A stretch of DNA of 43,071 nt. Origin: an uncultured Ectothiorhodospiraceae bacterium. GTDB lineage: Bacteria; Pseudomonadota; Gammaproteobacteria; JAABTG01. A model generated the notes under the pieces. The model had not been told where the DNA came from. It saw only the letters and a list, made by a program, of their open reading frames with translations, and searched no databases. Every line of letters starts with the position of its first letter. The stretch's first letter is position 1. Positions 26,113 to 33,662 of this stretch are shown here, one piece after another. The position numbers were made by a program, and so were the translations under genes. The stretch is taken from NCBI GenBank assembly GCA_964461215.1, contig CAYWTP010000002.1, forward strand, positions 1 through 43,071, given 5' to 3'.

Positions 26113-27030
26113 ATGTCTGAGTGCTTCGTGATGTTGACGCTTGACGCTTCCAGGCGTCCGGCGGTGGGCGGTAGTCGCACGCGTGCGGCGCGCCTGGCCG
26201 CCGTCATGGCCTGCCTGCTGGTTGCGGGGTGCGCTGCCATGGTGCGCTCCGCCGGCGATCGCCTGGCGGACAACCTGTCCATGGCCATTCTCGATCAGAA
26301 TGATCTGGAGACGGTTCGCGAAGGGGCACCCGCCTATCTGCTGATGCTTGACGCAATGGTGGAGGGGGATCCGGACAATTCTCACCTGCTGCTCTCGGCG
26401 GCCCGGCTGTATGGCGCATACGCGGGCGCCTTCGTGAAGGACAAGGAGCGCGCGCTGCGCCTAGTGGTACGGGGCCGGGAGTACGCGCGCCGCGCCCTTT
26501 GCCTGCGAGACCAGGGCCTGTGCCAGGCCGCGGCCCGGCCGCTGGCGCAGTTCCAGGCGGAGCTGGCGCGGGTACCACCGGGCGAGGTGCCCGTGCTCTT
26601 TGGGTTTGCGGCCGCATGGGCCGGCTGGGTCCAGGCCAGCACGGGCGACTGGCAGGCGGTGGCCGACATACCCAAGATCACGGCGGCGATGCAGCGGGTG
26701 GTTGAGCTGAACGAAGCCTACGACGGGGGCGCCGCCCACCTGTATCTGGGGGTGCTGGCCAGCCAGCTTCCGGCGAACCTGGGCGGCAGGCCCGAGCAGG
26801 CCCGCCGGCACTTCGAGCGGGCCGTTGAGCTGTCGGCGGGCCGGAACCTTATGGTCAAGGTGCTCTACGCCAAGTACTACGCGCGCCTGGTATTCGACAG
26901 GACTTTGCACGATAGACTGGTAAGCGAGGTGCTGACGGCCGACCCGGTGCAGCCGGGGCTCACGCTGATGAACACCCTGGCGCAGCGTGAGGCCAGAGCC
27001 CTGCAGGCGAGCGCCGACAGCTACTTCTAG
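26113..27030 (+). CDS. TRAP-transporter TatT-component family lipoprotein (TPR-like)
   Basis: Lipobox LLVAGC. The body is helical and TPR-like (EGAPAYLLMLDAMV, NEAYDGGAAHLYLGVL...GGRPEQARRHFERAVEL..GRNLMVKVLYA..YA). The start is uncertain (ATG 26113 or 26131). Confidence 0.7.
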   Translation: MSECFVMLTLDASRRPAVGGSRTRAARLAAVMACLLVAGCAAMVRSAGDRLADNLSMAILDQNDLETVREGAPAYLLMLDAMVEGDPDNSHLLLSAARLYGAYAGAFVKDKERALRLVVRGREYARRALCLRDQGLCQAAARPLAQFQAELARVPPGEVPVLFGFAAAWAGWVQASTGDWQAVADIPKITAAMQRVVELNEAYDGGAAHLYLGVLASQLPANLGGRPEQARRHFERAVELSAGRNLMVKVLYAKYYARLVFDRTLHDRLVSEVLTADPVQPGLTLMNTLAQREARALQASADSYF

Positions 27031-27054
27031 CGGCCGTGCCGCAAGGATGGAATC

Positions 27055-28065
27055 ATGTTTCAAAGGATTCTCGCAGCTCTTCTTCTCTTGATTGGCATGC
27101 CTGCGGCCGGTGCGGTGACTCTGAAGATCGCCACCGTGGCGCCGGAGGGCACCACCTGGATGACCGAGATGCGCGCCGGGGCCGGCGAGATTACCAGGCG
27201 CACCGATGGCCGCGTCAGCCTGAAGTTCTATCCGGGCGGCGTCATGGGCAACGACAAGGCGGTGCTGCGCAAGATGCGCGTGGGCCAGCTCCAGGGGGGA
27301 GCTTTCACCGGGGGTGGTCTGGCCGAGATCGATGCGGACACCCAGATCTACAGCCTGCCGTTTCAGTTCAGATCCTACGACGAGGTGGACTACGTGCGCT
27401 CGCGCATGGACGCGATGATCAAACACGGCCTCCAGGCCAAAGGCATGACGGCTCTGGGCATCAGCGAGGGTGGCTTCGCCTACATCATGAGCGATGCGCC
27501 CATACGCCGTATCGCCGATCTCGAAGGCCGCAAGGTGTGGGTACCCGAAGGCGACGACATCGCTTACGCGGTGTTCCAGGTGCTGGGCATCAGCCCCGTG
27601 CCGCTGCCCCTGGCCGACGTCTATACCGGCCTGCAGACGGGCCTGCTGGATACCGTTGCTACGTCCCCCATGGGAGCGATTGCCTTCCAATGGTACACCC
27701 GCGTGCGTTATCTCACCGACGTGCCTCTGGTATACCTGATTGGGATCCTGGCCGTGGACGCCCGTGCCTTCGCGGCGCTGAAGCCGGCCGACCAGGCAGC
27801 GGTGCGCGAGGTCATGGGCGCGGTATTCAGCCGGCTGGACCGGCTCGACCGGCAGGACAACAGTCAGGCCCGTAAGGTTCTGCAGCATGAGGGGATCCGC
27901 TTGGTGATCCCCTCGCCTGCGGAGCTGGCGCGCTGGCACGGCGCTGCCGACGAGGCCCTGATTCGCCTCGGCAAGGACGGCGCGTATTCACCCGCCATGC
28001 TGGCGGTTCTCCAGCGTTGCATCAAGGATTACCGCAGCCGGCCAGACCTTGCTCATGAGCGCTGA
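27055..28065 (+). CDS. TRAP transporter substrate-binding protein (DctP family)
   Basis: 336 aa with a signal peptide (LLLLIGMPAAGA). Contains LKIATVAPEGTTW and LKFYPGGVMGNDKAVLRKMRVGQLQGG. Confidence 0.85.
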   Translation: MFQRILAALLLLIGMPAAGAVTLKIATVAPEGTTWMTEMRAGAGEITRRTDGRVSLKFYPGGVMGNDKAVLRKMRVGQLQGGAFTGGGLAEIDADTQIYSLPFQFRSYDEVDYVRSRMDAMIKHGLQAKGMTALGISEGGFAYIMSDAPIRRIADLEGRKVWVPEGDDIAYAVFQVLGISPVPLPLADVYTGLQTGLLDTVATSPMGAIAFQWYTRVRYLTDVPLVYLIGILAVDARAFAALKPADQAAVREVMGAVFSRLDRLDRQDNSQARKVLQHEGIRLVIPSPAELARWHGAADEALIRLGKDGAYSPAMLAVLQRCIKDYRSRPDLAHER

Positions 28066-28576
28066 GCCCTATCGTCCGGCCGGTGCGGCAGGACGGTTTG
28101 TGGCCCTGCTGCACCGGGTCGAGGACACTGTGCTCGCCGTGCTGCTGACGGGAATGATTCTGCTGGCGGCCGCACAGATCCTGCTGCGCGATGTGCTTCA
28201 CGCCGGCTTCACCTGGTCCGCCCCCTTGCTGCGGGTAATGGTGCTGTGGGTCGGGCTGCTGGGGGCTCTGGCCGCGACGCGCGACGACAAGCACATCGCG
28301 ATCGACGTGCTCTCGCGTTTTCTGCCCGCGCGCGCGCGGCTGGCGATCCAGGCCCTGGTCGACGGGTTTGCGGGCGCGGTGGCCGGCTTGGTGGGCTGGC
28401 ATGCGCTGCGCTTTGTGCACATGGAGTACGGGGCGGGCGCAGAGGCCTTCGCGGGCCTGCCGTCGTGGGTCCTGGAAGCGGTGGTGCCGATGGCGTTCAT
28501 ACTCATCGCTCTGCGCTACCTGTTGCTGGGGGCGGGCCGCGTTCAGACCTTGCTGGGCCGCGGAGCCGGACGGTGA
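28055..28576 (+). CDS. TRAP transporter small permease (DctQ family)
   Basis: ATG at 28055 overlaps the end of the P gene by 11 nt. 173 aa with 4 TM helices. Contains WSAPLLRVMVLWVGLLGAALATRDDKHIAIDVL. Confidence 0.8.
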   Translation: MSAEPYRPAGAAGRFVALLHRVEDTVLAVLLTGMILLAAAQILLRDVLHAGFTWSAPLLRVMVLWVGLLGALAATRDDKHIAIDVLSRFLPARARLAIQALVDGFAGAVAGLVGWHALRFVHMEYGAGAEAFAGLPSWVLEAVVPMAFILIALRYLLLGAGRVQTLLGRGAGR

Positions 28577-29847
28577 TTCTGGCGGGGCTGGCGCTGCTGG
28601 GGCTTGCCCTGCTGGGCGCGCCCTTGTTTGCTGTGATTGCCGCCGGGGCGCTGCTCGGATTCTCCCGCTCCGGCGTGGATCTCTCGGCCGTCGCCATCGA
28701 AATCTACCGGCTGGCCGAGATGCCGGTGCTGCTGGCCATACCGCTATTCACCTTCGCCGGCTACGTGCTGGGGCGAAGTAGCGCGCCGGGTCGGCTGGTG
28801 CGCTTGAGCAACGCCGTGCTGGGATGGCTTCCCGGAGGCCTGGCCCTGGTGTCACTGGCCGCCTGCGCCCTGTTCACGGCGTTCACCGGTGCCTCCGGTG
28901 TCACCATCGTGGCGCTGGGGGCGCTGCTCTATCCGGCCCTGAGCCAGGCCGGCTACGGCGAGCGATTCAACCTGGGCCTGATCACGACCTCGGGCAGCCT
29001 GGGCCTGCTTTTCGCGCCATCACTGCCTCTGATCCTCTACGGGGTAGTGGCCCAGCAGCTTGGCGTAGGACGCCCGGTCAGCATCGGCGATCTGTTCGTG
29101 GCCGGAGCGCTGCCAGGCCTGCTGATGCTGGTCCTGCTCGGGGCCTGGAGCGTGTGGCAGTCCCCCGACCGTAGCACGCGTAGCCCAACCTGGAGCACCG
29201 TGAGAGCCGCGGTACTGGAGTCGGCATGGGAGATCCCGCTGCCGTTTGTGGTCCTGGGCGGGATCTACAGCGGCTACGTCGCCGTCTCGGAGGCCGCAGC
29301 GGTGACGGCGCTCTACGTGCTGGTGGTCGAGGTGCTGATTCGCCGCGACATTCCACTGCGCGCGCTGCCGGAGGTGATGCGCGAGTCCATGGTCCTGGTC
29401 GGCGCGATCCTCATCATACTGGGCGTGTCGCTGGCCTCCACCAACTACATGATCGATGCCGAGATCCCTACCCGCATGTTTCAGGCTATTCGCAGCCACA
29501 TCGACGATCGTTGGACCTTCCTTATCGTGCTGAATCTGTTTCTGCTGGTCCTGGGCATGATGCTGGACATCTTCTCGGCACTGGTGATTGTGGTGCCGAT
29601 CATCCTGCCGGTGGCGGTGCAGTATGGGATTGACCCCGTACACTTGGGCATCGTGTTTCTGGCCAACATGCAGCTGGGCTACTTCACCCCGCCGGTGGGC
29701 ATGAATCTGTTCATCGCCAGCTACCGCTTCGAGAGGCCGGTGGTGGAGCTGTACCGCGCCACCCTGCCGTTCTTCTTTATCCTGCTGGCGGCGGTGCTGC
29801 TGATCACGTACTGGCCTGCCCTGTCCCTGGTTTTGCTGCACCGGTAG
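28573..29847 (+). CDS. TRAP transporter large permease (DctM family)
   Basis: GTG at 28573 overlaps the Q stop (GTGA). 424 aa. Contains PLFTFAGYVL, FTAFTGASGVTIVALG and MQLGYFTPPVGMNLF. Confidence 0.9.
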   Translation: MILAGLALLGLALLGAPLFAVIAAGALLGFSRSGVDLSAVAIEIYRLAEMPVLLAIPLFTFAGYVLGRSSAPGRLVRLSNAVLGWLPGGLALVSLAACALFTAFTGASGVTIVALGALLYPALSQAGYGERFNLGLITTSGSLGLLFAPSLPLILYGVVAQQLGVGRPVSIGDLFVAGALPGLLMLVLLGAWSVWQSPDRSTRSPTWSTVRAAVLESAWEIPLPFVVLGGIYSGYVAVSEAAAVTALYVLVVEVLIRRDIPLRALPEVMRESMVLVGAILIILGVSLASTNYMIDAEIPTRMFQAIRSHIDDRWTFLIVLNLFLLVLGMMLDIFSALVIVVPIILPVAVQYGIDPVHLGIVFLANMQLGYFTPPVGMNLFIASYRFERPVVELYRATLPFFFILLAAVLLITYWPALSLVLLHR

Positions 29848-29903
29848 CGGCGCTTGGCCGCAGCTCTTGCCAAAGGCCGCCGGAGGTACTAAACGTTTTA
29901 CCT

Positions 29904-29929
29904 GCGGTCCCATGAACCGCTGTCTTTTT
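29904..29929 (+). terminator. terminator-like hairpin after the TRAP operon
   Basis: GCGGT (29904-29908) / ACCGC (29916-29920) form a stem with a 7-nt loop. This is followed by tgtcTTTTT (T run at 29925-29929). Confidence 0.35.
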
Positions 29930-29998
29930 GCCGCACAGACACGCGCCGGGTTTGCGGCTTCCAGGTTGGTGTGACGGCGTTTCAGGAGCTGACAGCAG

Positions 29999-30271
29999 AT
30001 GAAGACGATCTACGTGGGAAACCTCCCCTTCTCGGCGTCGGAGGAGGAGGTGCGCAGCCTTTTCGCCCAACACGGCAGCGTAAGAACCGTGAAGCTTGTA
30101 TCGGACCGGGACACCGGCCGTCCCCGGGGCTTCGGATTCGTGGAGATGGACGCGCTGGATGCCTCCAAGGCCATCGAGGCCTTGAACGGCCAGGACTTCG
30201 GTGGTCGCACGCTGCGGGTGAACGAAGCCCGCGAGCGTACCGGCGGCGGGCGTTCGCCGTACTTCCGTTAA
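29999..30271 (+). CDS. RRM-type RNA-binding protein (paralogue of 22188-22457)
   Basis: MKTIYVGNLPFSASEEEVRSLFAQHGSV...RGFGFVEM. 90 aa, with a Gly/Arg tail. Confidence 0.9.
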   Translation: MKTIYVGNLPFSASEEEVRSLFAQHGSVRTVKLVSDRDTGRPRGFGFVEMDALDASKAIEALNGQDFGGRTLRVNEARERTGGGRSPYFR

Positions 30272-30360
30272 CCTGCATCGGGTGGGCTGGATCAACTCGC
30301 CGCAGCCAACCGTCTGGCCGGCCGTGCGCCGTCCACCACCGCCGGATTGCGATCTGCAGG

Positions 30361-31068
30361 CTATCGCTCCGGCGCGGCGCCGGCCAAGTCGCGGCGCAGC
30401 TTGCGTATGCCGGCGCCGGGCCCCACGACCACGAGGATGTCTCCGGTGTCGAGCTTGTGGTTGAAGCCCTTGGTGCTGAAGATCACGTCGTCGCCAATCT
30501 CCAGGTCCACCACGCCGAGAACGACCAGGTTGTATTGCTCGCCCAGGTCCACCTCGCGAATATGCCGGCGGTCCAAAAATGAGCTGCGAGGAATCTCGAC
30601 CTGGGCCAGATGCAGATCTGTCCGCCCGAACAGGACATGCTCCAGGATGTCAGCAATCTGCGGATTCTTCAGGATCTGCCATATCTTGCGCGCGCTGATC
30701 TCGTAGGGATCGATGATCTTGTCCGCGCCGGCGGCCTCCAGCTTGGGGATGGCGTCGGGGGTTTCCGCGACGGTGACGATCTTGATGTCGGGAGCCAGAG
30801 CCCGCGCGCTGATGACCATGAAGACGTTCTCGGCGTCATCCGGAAACAACGAGAACAGAGTATCCACGTCCCGGCCTATACCGGCTTTCTGCAGCTCCTC
30901 GTCCACGCGGTAGTCCACCCAGGCCGTCTTCAGGCCTCTGGCCGCCGCCTCGCCAAGGTTCCGCTCATTGCTGTCCATGACCAGAACCTCATAGTCTCGC
31001 GGGTCGAGAAAATTGCTGATCTCCACGGCGAAGCGATAGTAGCCAAACAAGGCGATCTTGCGCTTCAT
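30361..31068 (-). CDS. soluble RCK-domain protein (TrkA-N-like + TrkA-C)
   Basis: 235 aa. The Rossmann-like N-terminus has a degenerate glycine motif (KIALFGYYRFAV). The C-terminal RCK_C block is QVEIP..S....R.I.EVDLGEQYNLVVLGV...GDILVVVG. The start is 4 nt after the channel gene's stop. Confidence 0.8.
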   Translation of the reverse strand: MKRKIALFGYYRFAVEISNFLDPRDYEVLVMDSNERNLGEAAARGLKTAWVDYRVDEELQKAGIGRDVDTLFSLFPDDAENVFMVISARALAPDIKIVTVAETPDAIPKLEAAGADKIIDPYEISARKIWQILKNPQIADILEHVLFGRTDLHLAQVEIPRSSFLDRRHIREVDLGEQYNLVVLGVVDLEIGDDVIFSTKGFNHKLDTGDILVVVGPGAGIRKLRRDLAGAAPER

Positions 31069-31072
31069 CCCC

Positions 31073-32683
31073 TCACGCGGCTCCGGACTTCAAGGTGCTC
31101 TTCTCCATCTCGTCGCGGAAATGGCGCACGCTGTACTCATGGCCGAAGACCACGAGTACGTCGTCGGTCCGGACCACGAATGCGGACGGCGGGTTGAAAT
31201 GGAAGCAGCGGCTGCCCATGGAGAACGAGCCCTCTTCGCGGCCGCCGCTGTCCGCCGCCTCCGAGACAACGCCCAGCAGCACCAGCCGGAACTGGAGGAA
31301 CTTGATCTCCTGCAGCCGCCGGTTCTCCGCGAAGGAGTCGGGCAGCACGCGTATGGTCTCGATTCGAACCCGCCGCTCGCCGCTCAGGATCTGGTAGAGC
31401 ACGTCGAAGGCCACGGGCTGGTGTATATATTCCGCCGCCGCGTGGCCCACGCCTTCGAAGGGAGTGATGACGTGGTTGGCGCCGGCCAGATAGAGCTTCT
31501 TCACGGACTCGCGGCTGTTGGCCCGGGAGATGATCTGAAGCTCCTTGTTCATATGCCGGGTGCTGAGGGTAATGAACACGTTGGTCACATCGTCGCCGGT
31601 GATGCACAGGATGGTCTTCACCCGATCCCGGATCCGCAGGTTCTCAAGCAATGCATTGTCGGCGGCGTTGCCTTGTACCGCCAGGTATCCATCGGAGCGG
31701 GCCCGCTCCGCGGCGTCCGGGTCCTGATCGACGATGACCAGCCGACCCTTTTCCTGGGCAAGCTTTCTGACCACCATCGCCCCGACCCGGCCGTAGCTGC
31801 ATACCACGGTATAGTCGCGGCCGCGCTCAATTTCCGAAAATACCTGGGATTCCTGGAGTCCTCGCAGCTTCTCGGCAAACGCTGAGACGATAATGGACGT
31901 GGAGAAAGAGATCACGCCGATGCCGGAGACGATCAGCACCAGGGTAATGAGTCGGCCCTCGGTGCTGATGGGCACGATGTCACCGTATCCCACGGTCGAG
32001 ATCGTCACCAGGGACCAGTAGACCGCGTCGAAGAAATTGTGGATGTGGGTGCCTTCGCGGCCGCCTTCGAACATGTAGATGGCAGTGCTGGCCGCGAACA
32101 CCACGAAGCCGATGAAGATCCCCAGCGTGTAGAGCTCGAAGCGCTTCTCGGCCAGCACCTTGGCGAATTCGTGGACGCTGCGGGCATAGCGGAACAGCTT
32201 GAACAGGCGGAACAGCAGGAAGATCCGCAGGATTCGGAACGGCCGGTAGCTCGGCAGAATGGCTAGCAGATCGATAATGGCCAGGGGCTGGGTAGCATAC
32301 GCCAGCTTGGAGCTCAGCATCTCCTGCAATGCCAGGCGCAGGCGAAAGCGCGTGTTGAGGAACTCGGCGCGCTCGTAGTGCTCAATAACGATGGCGTGGG
32401 CACTGTTATAGATCCAGGCCCGCAGCAGATACTCCACCACGAAGATCAACGTGGCGGCGACTTCGAACACGTGCAGGGGGTGACCGGGTGGATGCTTGAC
32501 GTCGTGCACCAGCAGCAGCACCGTGGACAGCACCAGGGCAATCATGAATACGTCGAAGTACGGGCGCAGCGGCGACTGGGTGTGTTCCAGCAGGTCGTAA
32601 AAGAATGACTTGGTGCGCCGGTAGCCTTTGGACTCCTCCAGGTAGTAGCAGAAGTGAATGATGCGCTTGGTAAGGACGTCCAT
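31073..32683 (-). CDS. 6-TM voltage-sensor-type K+ channel with a fused C-terminal RCK domain (Kch-like)
   Basis: 536 aa. S4-like helix SYRPFRILRIFLLFRLFKLFRYARS (Arg/Lys mostly at every third position), selectivity filter TVGYGD, then TrkA-N (VVCSYGRVGAMVV) and TrkA-C-like regions. Confidence 0.85.
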   Translation of the reverse strand: MDVLTKRIIHFCYYLEESKGYRRTKSFFYDLLEHTQSPLRPYFDVFMIALVLSTVLLLVHDVKHPPGHPLHVFEVAATLIFVVEYLLRAWIYNSAHAIVIEHYERAEFLNTRFRLRLALQEMLSSKLAYATQPLAIIDLLAILPSYRPFRILRIFLLFRLFKLFRYARSVHEFAKVLAEKRFELYTLGIFIGFVVFAASTAIYMFEGGREGTHIHNFFDAVYWSLVTISTVGYGDIVPISTEGRLITLVLIVSGIGVISFSTSIIVSAFAEKLRGLQESQVFSEIERGRDYTVVCSYGRVGAMVVRKLAQEKGRLVIVDQDPDAAERARSDGYLAVQGNAADNALLENLRIRDRVKTILCITGDDVTNVFITLSTRHMNKELQIISRANSRESVKKLYLAGANHVITPFEGVGHAAAEYIHQPVAFDVLYQILSGERRVRIETIRVLPDSFAENRRLQEIKFLQFRLVLLGVVSEAADSGGREEGSFSMGSRCFHFNPPSAFVVRTDDVLVVFGHEYSVRHFRDEMEKSTLKSGAA

Positions 32684-32896
32684 GGACTCTCACGGCTGTC
32701 GTGTCAAATTCGGCGCCCGCGGGTGTCGCAGGCGCGGCGTTGTTTCCGAAGGCTTTGCACGCGGCACGCCTTGCCAGGGGGCATCGGCTACGATAGCACA
32801 AGACTCTTCGGGCGCCGTAGTGAGCCGCCGAAGACATTTATGGCATGCGCTAGGGTGGCTAGAAGGGGCACATACGTAGGATCTTTAGGCCGTGCC

Positions 32897-32992
32897 GTCC
32901 ATGTGAGGCCCGCAGGACACGCCGTGAACACGTCCGTGTGGGCTCGGTCGCAGCATCCCTGCTGCTCACGGTCCTGCAAACCTCACATGGAC
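32897..32992. other. nested stem-loop element in a long intergenic region (candidate ncRNA or regulatory structure)
   Basis: The outer stem is GTCCATGTGAGG (32897-32908) / CCTCACATGGAC (32981-32992), 12 bp. After a 3x3 internal loop comes GCAGGAC (32912-32918) / GTCCTGC (32971-32977). Then CGTGA (32923-32927) / TCACG (32966-32970). The inner hairpins are ACACG-tc-CGTGT and GCAGCA-tccc-TGCTGC. Confidence 0.35.
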
Positions 32993-33170
32993 ACCGCGTA
33001 CTTTGCTTAAGAACTAACCTATGAGAAGGGGCATGTAGCCGCGATGGGTATGACACGAGGCGAGGGCTTGGCATGCTTTCGGCTGGCGCGATTGTGGTGA
33101 ACGAGATGATTGACACCATCCACCATTCGGTAACGCTCTGAACGCCTCATGTCTCACTCCTCCTCATGAG

Positions 33171-33662
33171 TCACGAGTCACGCACCCGCCCCGTGGGGAC
33201 CCCCCGTTCGTCGATAATCTCATGCCGCTCCAGCCACTCCCGCGCCTCCGGGGCGTCGGCTTCGAACCACGCCCGGGCCGAGCCCAGGCGGAAGCTGTAG
33301 CCCCAGGCGTCCATGTCCTGGAACATACGCTCCCGGCCCATGGCCGGGAGTGAATCGGCCAGCAGGACCTGGAGGTAGCACACGGCATCCTCCTCTTCGT
33401 AGCCGCCCCCTGCGTCCGTGTGTAGCTGCGCGCGGCGAGCCGCATCCATGCACACGAAATGGCAGGCCTCATGCAGTGCCGAGTGCACGGGGGTATCCGG
33501 CCGCAGATGCAGCGCGTTGCCGACGAGGCCCGCTTCGGAGTCCCCCCAGAAGCTGCCGGGAATGGAGGCGCCCGCGGCCACCGGCACCAAGCAGAGCCCG
33601 AACGGAGCGAGCAGACGGTCGAGGATTCCGGGCTGCAGATCGGCGCACAGCAGAACGCTCAT
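33171..33662 (-). CDS. hypothetical protein with an HExxH motif (163 aa)
   Basis: Trimmed to MSVLLCADLQPG... The ATG overlaps the stop of the upstream GT41 gene (ATGA at 33659-33662). Contains PVHSALHEACHFVCM (HExxH). No family recognised. Confidence 0.55.
   Translation of the reverse strand: MSVLLCADLQPGILDRLLAPFGLCLVPVAAGASIPGSFWGDSEAGLVGNALHLRPDTPVHSALHEACHFVCMDAARRAQLHTDAGGGYEEEDAVCYLQVLLADSLPAMGRERMFQDMDAWGYSFRLGSARAWFEADAPEAREWLERHEIIDERGVPTGRVRDS

Noticed and set aside
26461-27939. 492-aa minus-strand ORF antisense to the tatT and dctP genes
   Set aside because: This is an antisense artefact of GC-rich coding DNA. The plus strand encodes well-recognised TRAP components.
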